Position numbers and translations under genes: made by a program
The notes under the pieces: generated by a model
Seen by the model: the letters and a program-made list of their open reading frames with translations, nothing else
What the model was told of the DNA's origin: nothing
Databases searched by the model: none
Shown: piece after piece, positions 28,341 through 40,769 of the stretch
Position numbering within the stretch: the first letter of the stretch is position 1
How the letters are laid out: the number at the start of each line of letters is the position of its first letter
Assembly: GCF_001194135.2 (NCBI RefSeq)
Contig: NC_068995.1
Span: 18,074,865 to 18,138,864 of the forward strand
Reading direction: 5' to 3'
Origin: Octopus bimaculoides
Lineage: Eukaryota
DNA length: 64,000 bases

Positions 28341-31300
28341 TTCACACACAGATAATCGATTCTGTTGTAAATTGCGATACGCCTAGAAGACCGAACTGAC
28401 GAGGCAAATGTGGACAAGAGATGAAAATATACAAAGTTAGTTGAGTTAGATCGTGTCAGTTGTTAACGAACAAAATGGGCCACACTGAAGCGAGTTGCAA
28501 AGGGTTCGCAGTTCAGTTCTTCTAAGGAGCTTACGACGTGCTTCGCAACATAAAGGCTGTTAAGTAAAAATCCTCCTGTTAATTATGGTTATGGCAAAAG
28601 TTTCTTGAAGATTTTTTTCGTATCGAGATATGGGGAACGTTGAAAAGTTAGTGTTATCCAGTGAAATAAGTGAACAAAGGCTGGATAGCTTGGGTGATAG
28701 TTACTGATTTTTGAATGCCCCCAGGCAACACATGACTCCATACAACGTGATTGACTACGTTTGCCTGTGCTCCACATATTGATACATATTATAATCTATT
28801 ATAAATACGTTCATACATGTATATTCACTTACACACAATACATACACACACACTCACACATACAAACACACATACACATATATATATGAGTGTATATTTG
28901 TGTATATATGGCTGTGTATGCGTGCAAGTATGTGTTTGGGTGTGGAGGGGTGTATGTATGTATGTGTGTGTATTCACTAATACGTTAATCAGTCTAGGAT
29001 TAAAATTATCCATCGCCTAGCATATCCAGAAGTGATGAGAGGCTTTCCAATGCACTTCTCAGTCATATCTTATGAATGTCCATCACCTTCCTAATTTCGC
29101 CCCCCCCCCCCATGTTTTTGCTGTAAGTTGATGAGCAAATATATTTCCAAAAATACCTCTCAAAATGTGTATAGTAAGCCCGATTATCCAATTAGCTTCG
29201 ATGATCTGACAAGAACCTTTGTTTATAACGCCAGATAATTATATTATTAATTTAGGTCATAGAGAAAATATAAATGTCGATATCATAGAGGAAATAATTC
29301 GTTTATAAATTGACTGATTTTCAAGGAAGTGTACACAAACACATCGAATAGCCAATATGATGTGTATATAGTCGTGAAATTTAAGAAGGAAAATATGGCA
29401 GTTAAGAGACATGAAGGTGGAAGAACGCTATGCGTTTACTAAGGAATGACCAAAGGTTCATACAATTGCTTCAAACAACAGCGAACTTAATACTGACATT
29501 GTGAAAAGAGAGGAACGACGTAGCGGATTTAAATGCCATTAGCGTTACACTTTATTATAACTGTTCATATATAAATTGAACTGTTTCATTATCCGTTTAT
29601 GCGAAATGCAAATGCAACATACATTGTGATATGGAGGAAACGATTTAGAATGATCATCAGTTCTCTATTTCTTCTTCCTACTCCGTTCTAACATTCATTT
29701 CCTTTTTCTCTCTTTCTTCCTTCTTTTCTTTCTCCATATCGTTCATACACACACTTCTTTATGTTTCTGTAATTCCTAGCCATTATACTTATATGCTAAT
29801 GTACTGACAATGCTCGGCATAATGAAAGGTGCACTAAAATATCTTAGTATAATGGAGGCAACGTAATTTATATCTACATATAAAACCTTATTTCTATGTT
29901 TACAGAAGTTCAAGCCTCAAATATCATGTGTTACACACATTCCTCATTCAATAAGGAGATGCATTATAAGTATTTTCTGATTGAAATGAAATGCATCCGA
30001 ATAAATACTATGGTTAAATGCATATGTAATACAAGTAAAATCTACGAATTATAAAATATAAACGAACTAATTTGAAAACTGCGGAAATATTTACAAAAGG
30101 GATACATTTTAAACAAATCTTACAATATATACAATATTATATTTTGTTTGAAAATTATATTAGGGTCGCTCCAGAGTTTGTTTATAGGTGACAGAATAAA
30201 TCAACATGTAACGTATATGAAGACATTTTAAATTGAACACAATTTGACATAATTTGCGTTGAAAGCGTAAATACTCCTTTTCAACGCTAAAGAGAAGAGA
30301 AAGCAGAACAGTTTTCCACTTGTAACTCCATCACATGCTGGTAGCGCTGACAATGTTATAACAAGCACATTTATTTCTATCGTGAATTACAAAATCTGTT
30401 CCATGACCCGTGCTGTATGGCGTAGGAGATTAATAGCATGTCAATAACACTACCTGTGAAGGAACGAAAACAGGAGCAACAACTGCACCACTGCTCATTC
30501 GAAAGCATCACGTGATCACTTCTGGATTCTGATATGTGCTGAATAAGATTAGACTAACATATTTGCTTTCAGCGCGAGATTCAAAAGCCATAACAAGGAC
30601 TGCAACAATCGGTGCAGCGTGACTACAACAAATAACATTAAGGCCTACCTTGGTGGCAATATATAAGTGACAGGTAACATCGGCAACAACAATGACATAA
30701 ATATCTGATGAACGTAACTCTCACAAAAGTATTACTAACGTAGCACAAACATTAAAAGCAAATGAAACGCGTTATTATAATTATTATCTTTGTCGGTGTT
30801 GTTGATTTCAGTACAGATTGGATGAATTTTTTAGTATCCGTCTACGAAGTTCTGGATAAGGATATATTTAAACTGCGTACAAGTTCATTCTTGGAATGTT
30901 TTTCGGGCGTAATTTCTTACGAAGTATTATTTGAACTTTTAAGTTTTCACTATCGTTACGCCCCACCCCAAAAAGTGCTTACATTCTGAAATGTTTGTTT
31001 TCATATATTTGTCTCAATAGATGTTTAGCAGAGAGAGGCACAGCGGTCACAAAATCTAATTACATGGAAATGAACACTTAGCTAGAGTATCTTAAATCCA
31101 GTGAAGTAAAAAATGTATTTGAAGAACATTTTGAAGCAAAATACATGATCCCTGTAGATGAAAATATGCACGTTGTATAATAATATTAAACACGATTCCA
31201 ACGATAAGCTGGCAAAAATATATTAAATGGAAAAGACAAAACACACACACGTACGCGCATACACGCACACATTCAGGTACACACAAACACTTACAGACTA

Positions 31301-31904
31301 GTGAAGCGCCTTCCACCGAAAGAAAGTAATGCTCTATTTCTTAATGATAGAAATTCCATTAGGTCAGATTCCTTCTGCATGCATCATTTCCAATCGACGA
31401 ATTTTAGATAAATACCTTTAGACAAAACGAAAACAAAACATAACATCATGTTACAAAATGTGATTTTCTGCATTAAATTTTCGCACAGGCACAAAGCAGA
31501 TGGAAGTCAAGCTACTTGTGCATTTGTAGAGGTAAGTGATTTTACCTAGTGCTCCCGAAAAAAAAGATGGTAAAAGAAAACTATTGGGGAATTTCTGTCT
31601 CTGAAAGAAGGAGCGAATATCTCTTGTAGCATTCCAGCGAGTGCGTACACCGCTATATGAAATTCGGTGATAAAATTTGACAAGGCGAAAAGCCAAGTGG
31701 CGTTAGTGCGTCAAACACTTGACCATAGACTACTTACAATGTTTCCCGATTGTAAGGACATGTGGGTCATCGTAAAAAAATAAAACCATCGGCAAAATGT
31801 CGACATGCCTAATTAAATCACATGGCACATTGTCAATTTTATTTATTTCGGAGCACATTATGGACAAGTGGGAAGCAATACGTAACTGTTTTACTTTGTT
31901 GGGA

Positions 31905-31936
31905 TATCTATTTATTTATTTATTTGTTTATTTATT

Positions 31937-32022
<86 letters not shown>

Positions 32023-32160
32023 CAGCGGTGGTGGTGGTGGTGGTGGTGGTAGTGGTGGTAGTGGTGGTAGTGGTGGTAGTGGCAGCAGCAGCAGCAGTAG
32101 TGGTAGTAGTAGTAGTAGTTGTAGTAGTAGTAGTAGTAGTAGTAGTAGTTGTAGTAGTTA
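31905..32160. repeat. Compound array (ATTT)n-(ATT)n-(AGT)n-(GGT)n-(GCA)n-(AGT)n
   Basis: Directly visible; source of the poly-L/poly-V ORF. Confidence 0.97.
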
Positions 32161-33051
32161 GTGTCAGAAAATTATCGTAGAAGGAATATAAGCTACGCGG
32201 ATATTACTCTTAGATATGTGACCCGCGATATACGCTTTCGTATCAAGTTTGTGTAAGTTGATAATACGAGCATTGTGATCTTATATTACATGTTGATTAT
32301 CTAAGACAGAAGACGTTATCGGTTCGTGATTCTCCAGACTGTATGCTAGCTGTTTTCTTAGATAAATTACTGCGAAATTCACTGTCAAAATTTTGTTCGT
32401 AGTGCAAAGGGTAATTCTTAGGATTCAGTATATATTGGTGAGCCTTAGCAATGTAAACGTATCAAGTTGTATTATTAATTATTTCATTATCGTGAATCAT
32501 GTGAATGGTAGAGTTGGTATGACAGTTAGGCACAGTTAGTCATGCTACTTTCCGTCCTCATTTCGGAAACAGCTGTGAATAGTCTTCCATCCCACGGAGT
32601 TCAACTTTACTTTATGAAGGGCTCATAAAATACACATTTGTGGGGGACTAGAGATGGTAGATGTTTGCTTTTCGTTAAAATAATGAGAAGTATATTCAAA
32701 CTGCTATTTGGTAGGGTGATAGCAGAATCAGTAAAGTGTCAGTGCTTAATATTTTGCTGTATATGGTTAGAGAAATTTACGTTAAGATTACTCAAATATA
32801 AATATAGCGTACATCACAGCGATCGAACCATTCTGCTATTCCGGTAATAAATTCAGAAGTCATTACTTTGCCGAAAAAGTACCAGAGAAAATATCTTGAT
32901 GCATTCAATTACATCTTTTTTTTTACGTATTCATATTCTACTGCTGAATTTGTTTTTTACAAGATCGACATTCATCTGTGCTGTTCATATACTGCGGTCA
33001 ATATTATCGAATATAACTCTTTCTTCCGAATCTGAAACCGCGCACCAATCG

Positions 33052-33262
33052 TTTCTATTCTAGGCACAAGGCCTGAAATTTTGAGGGAAGGAGGCAGTCA
33101 ATTAGATCGACCACAGTACACAAGTGGTACTTAATTTATCGACCCCGAAAGGATGAAATGCAAAGTCGATCTCGGTGGAATTTGAACTCAGAACGTAAAG
33201 ATATAGGATATACCGCTAAGCATTTCGCCCGGCATGCTAACGTTTCTGCCAGATTGCCGACT
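33052..33262 (-). mobile_element. SINE family B, full length
   Basis: Colinear with 28128-28340. Confidence 0.92.
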
Positions 33263-33298
33263 TCGCAACCATGTACCATTGCGAAATCAATGTTTTAA

Positions 33299-33485
<187 letters not shown>

Positions 33486-34699
33486 AAAATGTTTTGTGTT
33501 ATACTCCTCATTATAATTAGATACAGAGGCCACATCAAACTGCAATTTCATGGCTGATTTTATTATAATTCATGGGATAAGAGGAGTTCAATCAGCAGAA
33601 TACTAGCCAAATGCCTTGTATTATTCATTTACTTTCCTGAATACTGCATGTTCAAACAACGCCAGTTTTACATCTCTTTTGATCCTTCTAAGTTATATGT
33701 ATTTAATCTATTGCAAGTTGCAGAATGACAAAGGTTTACAACGCCTGGTGGATGTAATGTGCTGCCGGACGTAGTTTGGTTCCTCAGTGTTATGAATTCA
33801 AATAGACGTGTTGTTATCTCTAACATTCTTCCGTCCGGTGTTTATGAACTAAGAAATATTAACATGCTTGTAATCGTTTGCATCCCTTTCTCACAACCAC
33901 GTAGCTTTATAACAATTTCTCATTCTCTTTTTAAACATTTCATTTCTTTACCTGTGTCCACTCGTGTTCATGTTGTAATCCGGTTACTTACGCCTAGCGC
34001 AATTATGGCTAGAATGTTACATATTATAAACAAAAGACGGCAAGTAGACGGCAACACTTATATAAAAAGAAAATTATATTTAACAAATTGTTACTGATAA
34101 AATGCAGAATATATAAATATATAATTGTGCTTTCGTGTCACTGATATGAAGATAAAGTTTGCAGAAGATTATTTGGTTGCATATCTCCTACGTTGGCAAC
34201 ATTATTTTCCAATGTATTAATCAACTCATATCAAAAGTCAATGTACGAAATGGCGGCGAATAATCTAGACAACAGAACATTTCACAATACACCTGGTGGT
34301 ACTTGATCCATTACTTCATATTCAGAGTTCATAGTAGGTTGCGATCAAAATTGATTTTATTGTTTAGAGCTTTCACTGTTCTGAGTTCGTTAAAATAATG
34401 AACCAGTCCAGTATTTAGTCGGTATAATTCAAGTAATTCCTGTATTGTATTCTGGTCCGTGTATATGTCAGAAGCAATTATCAACGTTCCGAGAATTTGG
34501 TAGGTTTCTGTGTGACATTGTTAAATAGGAAGTTTATTTCCCTCGCATCACACCTGCAAATTTAAACAATAAAAAAAAAAAAAAAAAAAAAAAAGAATAT
34601 ACTGAATGCAACATGCTCGTATATAACATTAATGTAAAGAGATAAACAAAACATCGTATCGAAGAAGTCTACACGATGAGGACCGACATTAGTTCCAAA

Positions 34700-34810
34700 A
34701 TACTGCTATTGCTACTTCTGCTACTGCTGCTGCTGCTGCCACTACAACAATAACAACAACAACAACTACTACTACTACTACTACTACTGCATCTGCTGCT
34801 GCTACTACAG
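34700..34810. repeat. Compound (CTG)n/(CAA)n/(CTA)n array
   Basis: Directly visible. Confidence 0.9.
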
Positions 34811-35029
34811 TATAACGTCGATTAAGCGATTTTTCTTCACCTTGCTAATTAATGAATATTTAATTTGGTAATCTCATTTATGAAGGAATTGCTTCGGAGT
34901 GTATTAGCATCTCTTATACTTTTTATAAAGTCTCTTCAAATTATTTTGATTTTTGCTGCTATTGTTGTTGTTTAGCACCGGGTGGCACGTGATCGATCAA
35001 AAGTATAATCAAAAGCATTGCAACTGTGT

Positions 35030-35062
35030 TATATATGTGTATGTGTGTGTGTGTGTGTGCGT

Positions 35063-35132
<70 letters not shown>

Positions 35133-35140
35133 TTATATAT
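35030..35140. repeat. (GT)n microsatellite
   Basis: Directly visible. Confidence 0.97.
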
Positions 35141-35145
35141 ATGTA

Positions 35146-35524
35146 GCAGGCGCAGTGGCCCAGTGGTTAGGGTAGTGAACTCGGGGTTGTAGGATCGCGC
35201 CTTCGATTCCTAGACCGGGCACTGTCAGTGTTTATTGAGCAAAGATACCTAAAAGCTCCACGAGGATCTAGCAGGGTAGTGGCGAACCCTGCTGTAATCT
35301 TTCATCACAATTTTCTCTCACTCTTTCTTTCTGTTTCTGTTGTATCTGAATTTCAAATGTCAAGCCTTCTCACAATCTGTGTCACGCTGAATCTCCCCGA
35401 GAACTACCTTATGAGTATACGTGTCTGTGGAGTGCTCAGCCATTGCACGTTAATTTCACGCCCAGGCTGTTCCGTTGATCGGATCAACTGGAGATCTCGT
35501 CGTCGTAACCGACGGAGTGCAACG
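35146..35524 (+). mobile_element. SINE family A, full length
   Basis: A box tggcccagtgg, B box ttcgattcc; colinear with 15354-15737. Confidence 0.92.
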
Positions 35525-35567
35525 AGATATATGCATATGCATATATATATATATATATATATATATA

Positions 35568-35940
35568 GCGGACGTGGTTCCTCCTGACGATGTCTTCAGC
35601 TAACTGGATCCTAATTCACCAAGGGAAGGTATGTCGGAAGAAAGTAATTCAACAACGCGGGTTGATGAACCGTAAGACGTGTGGCCAGAACCTCATGGAA
35701 AATAACCATAGCGAGGGTTATTCCACAGTTGAATTAGAACAGTCACAAACAGTGAAAGAAGACATGCACCCAACACCAGAGCTGAAGACACCTCCGAAAG
35801 GGGGTGGCCCCGCCAAGTCAAAACGGTAGAGGAGTAGGGGCCGAAACCGGACGTGGTTCCTCCTGATGATGTCTTGAGCTAACCGGATCCTATAAAGGAG
35901 CTGTTGTGGTAGCAGACCACGAAACATGGTTGAAATTCCT
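35568..35940 (+). mobile_element. GC-richer structured element with 45-bp terminal direct repeat and hammerhead-like motifs (candidate retrozyme/PLE-derived)
   Basis: Direct repeat 35569-35613 vs 35848-35892 (42/45 identical, period 279). CTGANGA at 35584, 35782 and 35863; GAAAC...GGTT at 35843 and 35921. (TA)n on both sides. Confidence 0.55.
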
Positions 35941-35963
35941 ATATATATATATATATATATATA

Positions 35964-37007
35964 TACTAGCTGGTGCACCCTGTAATTTTCGAGAGTAAAG
36001 ATGTTCTGTTGAAGCGCCTTGCGCCTTATTACCCTGATATAAGAAAGTAATTTCGTTATGACTGCCACAAAAGGTATATTTTCAGTCCCGAAAAAGTACA
36101 AAGAGCTGTCAGCTGGAGGAGGGAAAGATTGATGGAGGTTAGTGAGAGAGGTCTTCGGAGGTTGGCGAGAAAGGTTGTCGGAGGTCGGTGAGAAGCGAAG
36201 ACATTATTCTGCTTTGCGAAGGCATCTGGGAAATGTATGACTGCTGTCATTCACAGAAACTGTTAGAAAAGCGCTCTTGAAATGTTAAGTGAAATTTGGC
36301 AATCGAGGATCGAATCCACGCTAAGCCTGCATGAAGCCACTACAAATACGTAGTAGAATAAAAAGTTATCTGCTGTCATGGACAAAGTGTCCTTAAAAGT
36401 GCAGAATTATCGACGTAATTGGCATTCAAGAATGTATGTATGTATAGAAATGTATAGATGAAGTCTTAGTGTTTAAGATTCAAATTAACGAAATGCAATA
36501 ATGTTTAACAGTTCAAAACTGTGAGTAGTTAACTGCAGAATTAGGTCAGAATTTGTAATATGTAGTAGATAGAAGGATCCATTGGAGGGGTCCTATTATC
36601 GATTTTTTTTCACGAGGTTTCCAGTCGTGAGTTCTACTCACGTGTCAAATAAGGTATAAAAGTGAATTTGTCTGAAAAAATTAGAAATGGAACACACAAA
36701 AAAATCAATATTCAAAGTAATTGAACATAAACAATGAAATTGGTTATTTCCTACGAGTGTTTTAAAAAATTGTACAGGTGCTAAGGGTTATTTCCCTTGG
36801 ATGTTTAAAAAAATAGTTAAATGAGGTAGATAAAAATGTCCCTTCCAGAGTCCGTATTAACGATTTTTTTCAACAATGTAAGTATGTCACTAGCTTTCCA
36901 GACATGAGTTCTGCTCACGTATCAAATTTCATCAATATCAATAAAACAATGTAGGAGGAGTTAGATAACAACGTCACAAACAAACATACCGATTTTACAC
37001 ATATGTA

Positions 37008-37010
<3 letters not shown>
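35964..37010 (+). mobile_element. Non-autonomous Helitron-like (Lep1/HINE-type) element
   Basis: Starts (TA)n-actagctggtgcaccc. Ends tatcaaatttcatcaatatc...gtaggaggagttagataacaac...acaaacaaacataccgattttacacatatgtagta-(TA)n, resembling the termini of this class. Internal repeated block at ~36597-36650 and ~36857-36928. Confidence 0.6.
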
Positions 37011-37062
<52 letters not shown>

Positions 37063-37298
37063 TAGCTGTCAATACATTGCAGGATATCATTTAGTATTTA
37101 AGTGGTATTTCACTTGAGAATGTTCTCTTTGTTTCATTACCAGCAGAGATGTGGATTGTGTGAATGGCGATAACTAGAAAATGAGTAGAAGTTTTCAATA
37201 ATTCAATCTGTATTATTAGTAACAGACTTTTATGTAGAGTACTCAAAGTATGCGACAAATCTTACAAAGGATTCATTATGAAAACGTTTTCTTTCGTG

Positions 37299-37329
37299 TA
37301 TCTATCTATCTATCTATCTATCTATCTAA

Positions 37330-37395
<66 letters not shown>

Positions 37396-37423
37396 ATCTA
37401 TCNNNNNNNNNNNNNNNNNNNNN

Positions 37424-37463
<40 letters not shown>
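37299..37463. repeat. (TATC)n, small gap 37403-37423, (TA)n
   Basis: Directly visible. Confidence 0.97.
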
Positions 37464-37465
<2 letters not shown>

Positions 37466-39549
37466 CTTCTTGTGACCAAAGGGTGAGGGTTTTAAAACTC
37501 GTGGCCACAAAATTTGCATTAAGTTGTGTATCTGCTTCTCGTATTCTTACATTTTTTTGTTTTTTCTTGTCCAGGCTATGAAACTGACCCTCTTGAATAA
37601 TTTAGATCTGAATTAGACTCTGAAAGTGCAAACGATGTTTCATTACTTTGGTGCATAGAATCTACTTCCTTAATAAACTGTAGGTTAGCGTTAGTGGTAT
37701 ACTCAATAGGTAGACACGAATGGGAAATATCTAGATCAAAATTTTGATATTTGGTGTATAGTGATATTCAACATGAACAGATCTTTAGGCAACCAATGTG
37801 GAGCATCTATGCAGTAGTTGATTTGTTCCAACTATCAAATTTCCGTAAATAACACTCTAACAGATGATAAAGGAACTGTATATTCTGAAATTTATTCACA
37901 TATATGCAATTATGTGTTGTGTAAAACTAGAATGTCTTATATCAAAGGTTTGACGTGGTACTCAAAATATAAGAAGCGACTACAGTTGTCAGAGATATTC
38001 TTTGTATACTTTTGATTTGTTTCTTTGCTCTTAAGATATTCTTGGTGTCAAGTTAATAGTAATACTTTTCGAACAGCTTGAAAAACATTTTCGCATAAAC
38101 ATTTATTTTTTTTCTTTCTGCATATCGTCAATTTGCCGCACGTTAAACATTCTTTTTAGTTCATTTTTACTGTTTTAGAATAAGTGCAATTCACATGATA
38201 AGATTAAGTCAATATGTCTCCTATATAATTTTTCTTTTTTGTTTCTTTTAATATAAAAGAGAATATTTTAAGGTTTCGTGTGTATCATTGTTTCGTCGCA
38301 TTGTTGAAAATTAATTTGCATAAAACACTTCTTATGGAGTTGTTTTATTGTAACGTGATGTAATTGTAAGAATGCATGGCTAATTAATCAAGATATATAA
38401 GCATTTTATTTTTATGACAGTGTATTTATTTGTGGCTTTCTATAAGGGTACCTGGCCCAATCCATGTATTGTTGCCACTTATTCCCAGTGATTTATGTTC
38501 CTAACCAGGTCTTGTTGTACCCGTGTGATACAGGACAATTGATGGCTTCTCGGAACTTGCAATAAAATAACATTAAACAAAATATCTTGTCTGAAATCGC
38601 TTACAGATGATACAGTTATACATGGAATTCTACAGTTACAAGAAGCAAATGTTAGAACAACCTGATACATAAATGGCCAGCTGAAAAAATTACGAGTTTC
38701 AGATTTGGTAGATCACACAAAATTGCACGTAAAGCAACGAGTGACTATTTCCAAAAATATGTGAACGGCATATGCACTTCTTCGTCATTGTAAATATCAC
38801 ATCTCTTTCAGTTGCAATGAGGATATTATTGGAGTAAATTTTGATTCATCAGATCACAAATATAAGATAATAGGATATCTGTTTGATATATTAGATGTAG
38901 TTGATATTCTATTTGTGTTTGATATACTATATGCATCTGATATATCAAATTTATTTGATCTATTGTGTTTGATATATTTGATAGTAATGTTCATGAAGAA
39001 ATACGGAGGTAATTGATGTAATTTACAGTGGATAACGATTGTATTAATTTGTTTTACCAAGTAGACAACTGATAATTCGAGTCAATACTGGAGCATCAAA
39101 GCATTTGCTTTTCCAATTAGAAATTTCAACCAAATATTCTTCAATTTACACTTTACCATATTAAAAATAGTGGAAGGATACTTTTGATAACGTTTATAGA
39201 TATCTCTAAAAAATACGAGTTCCAGTTAGAATCCATTTGATAATATTTTCCATCTGTTTTGATCTGACTACCATAACTTTATTGATATGTGGCTAAAATA
39301 TGATACAAACTAATATATTTGGTATGTTATTCTTCCGGCGGTTTTGAGATAACATCCAGTTTCAAGCCGGATTACACACTAAAATCAAAAGAAGATATTT
39401 GTACTAGTATGGTATTTCTAGATAATTTTCATGTGGTAGATTGGAAGTCTGCCTAAGGTCTATTACTTCAAGATCTCCCTTACGAATTGATATACTTGTT
39501 AGGCACTATTCATGTGGTACACTAATCTATTCTCATGAAAACCGAAATA

Positions 39550-40040
39550 ATCCTACAAGACTTCAGTTATACCACGTCTGAAGAATGGTATGTTCCATTT
39601 CCTTCAGAACTACAATAGAATCACACTCTCAACTATAGTTTCAAACGCTTACACCTCTATACTTTTGCCAAAATTTACCTCATCCTGCGATGAAATCAAA
39701 CAGTTTCTGCAAAGACAAATCAACATTCCCACAGACGCTTGCCCATAGAAAGATTTCAAAATCCCCAAGCAAAACTCATCAAGCTGTTGCTTAGAAATTG
39801 CCATTATATCTGATAATGTAGTATTAGTTTTGTTTTGTGTTTCTGACTATAGTGGATTAAATAGGAAGAAATGCCAAATGTTTCACCAACAAACAGAAAA
39901 TCTAGAGATGTTAGCAAGGCATGTATCGGCATCAGTCAGACTATACAGATGATCTTCCTATCACAATGTATGAGAAAACACTTTCTGAGGAGCAACATTT
40001 ACTACAAAACGCTAAGCTCCTTCAAAGTAGGATCTCCTGA
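39550..40040 (+). mobile_element. RTE-clade-like LINE reverse transcriptase relic
   Basis: KTSVIPRLKNG...NYNRITLSTIVSNAYTSILL (cf. IPIPKKGD..NYRGITL..I.SK.Y...LL); ILR*NQ-SFCKDKSTFPQTLAHRKI (cf. ILR.NQNGFR..RST..QILALRRI); DYTDDL (YADD motif). Frameshifted and internally deleted. Confidence 0.75.
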
Positions 40041-40769
40041 TATTAATGCACTTTCGTAGCGCTTCACCCAGTATGTAAAGAACCCTGCATAATCATGTAT
40101 ATACATAAACACATTTTCAAATACGCAAACACTCGCATTCGAATACACATATACCCATATATAAAAACGATCTGCCGCTACGCATGTAACTTACACAATA
40201 AACATATTGCAGCTCTTTGGTAACATTTTGTTGAAATCTGGGACACTTACTGTTGTCCACTTCTTAAATCGAATTTAAATGTGATGCTATTTTATCTATG
40301 TCACACATAAGATATATCCAGTTCTTCTAATCGTATTCTTGTACATAGAATATGGTGGGTTAGAATACGATTATATGTTATAAACAATTAGTACTATACT
40401 GATATGTTCTGATTTCATGTTACAATTGCATAGATTTCGACATGTGTAAAATTTAAACGACACATGCAAACACACAGACATACCAATGCGCACATATATG
40501 TATATACCTTTCTCGTTGTATTACGTATTCGTTTCTTTTTATTGCATCTGTGATTTTATTTTTGATCTTCTATATAAATGAAGATATTTCCTTCGTTTTA
40601 CTGCTATTGTTTCTACGAAATGAGAACATACATTGCGGAACTGTTATTTTAACGAGTTGTATTTATTTATCACCTGATGAGACACATCTGTACCGCCGGG
40701 TGCTCTTGAACCAGTTATTTATGTGACTGACCCATTAGTGATCGATGCTAGATGTGTCAAAAACACCCT

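Noticed and set aside
30762-30989. 75-aa ORF with a hydrophobic N-terminus (MKRVIIIIIFVGVV...)
   Set aside because: The hydrophobic run comes from a decayed (ATT)n; no homology or splice support.
33765-33795. ccggacgt-agttt-ggttcctc resembling the 45-bp repeat of the 35.6-kb island
   Set aside because: Needs a 5-nt insertion and the flanks show no similarity.
34660-34720. Hammerhead-like cgatgag-gacc...ttcc-aaaa
   Set aside because: Both core strands are mutated and stem II is imperfect; indistinguishable from chance.
35569-35892. Interpretation of the 45-bp direct repeats as LTR/TRIM ends or CRISPR repeats
   Set aside because: No TG...CA termini, PBS or PPT; only two repeats 279 bp apart in a eukaryotic context.
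38479-38670. Two-exon model on the minus strand (WPFMYQ...|FREAINCP...)
   Set aside because: The intron would be only ~49 nt with a weak AAG acceptor; no recognisable protein.
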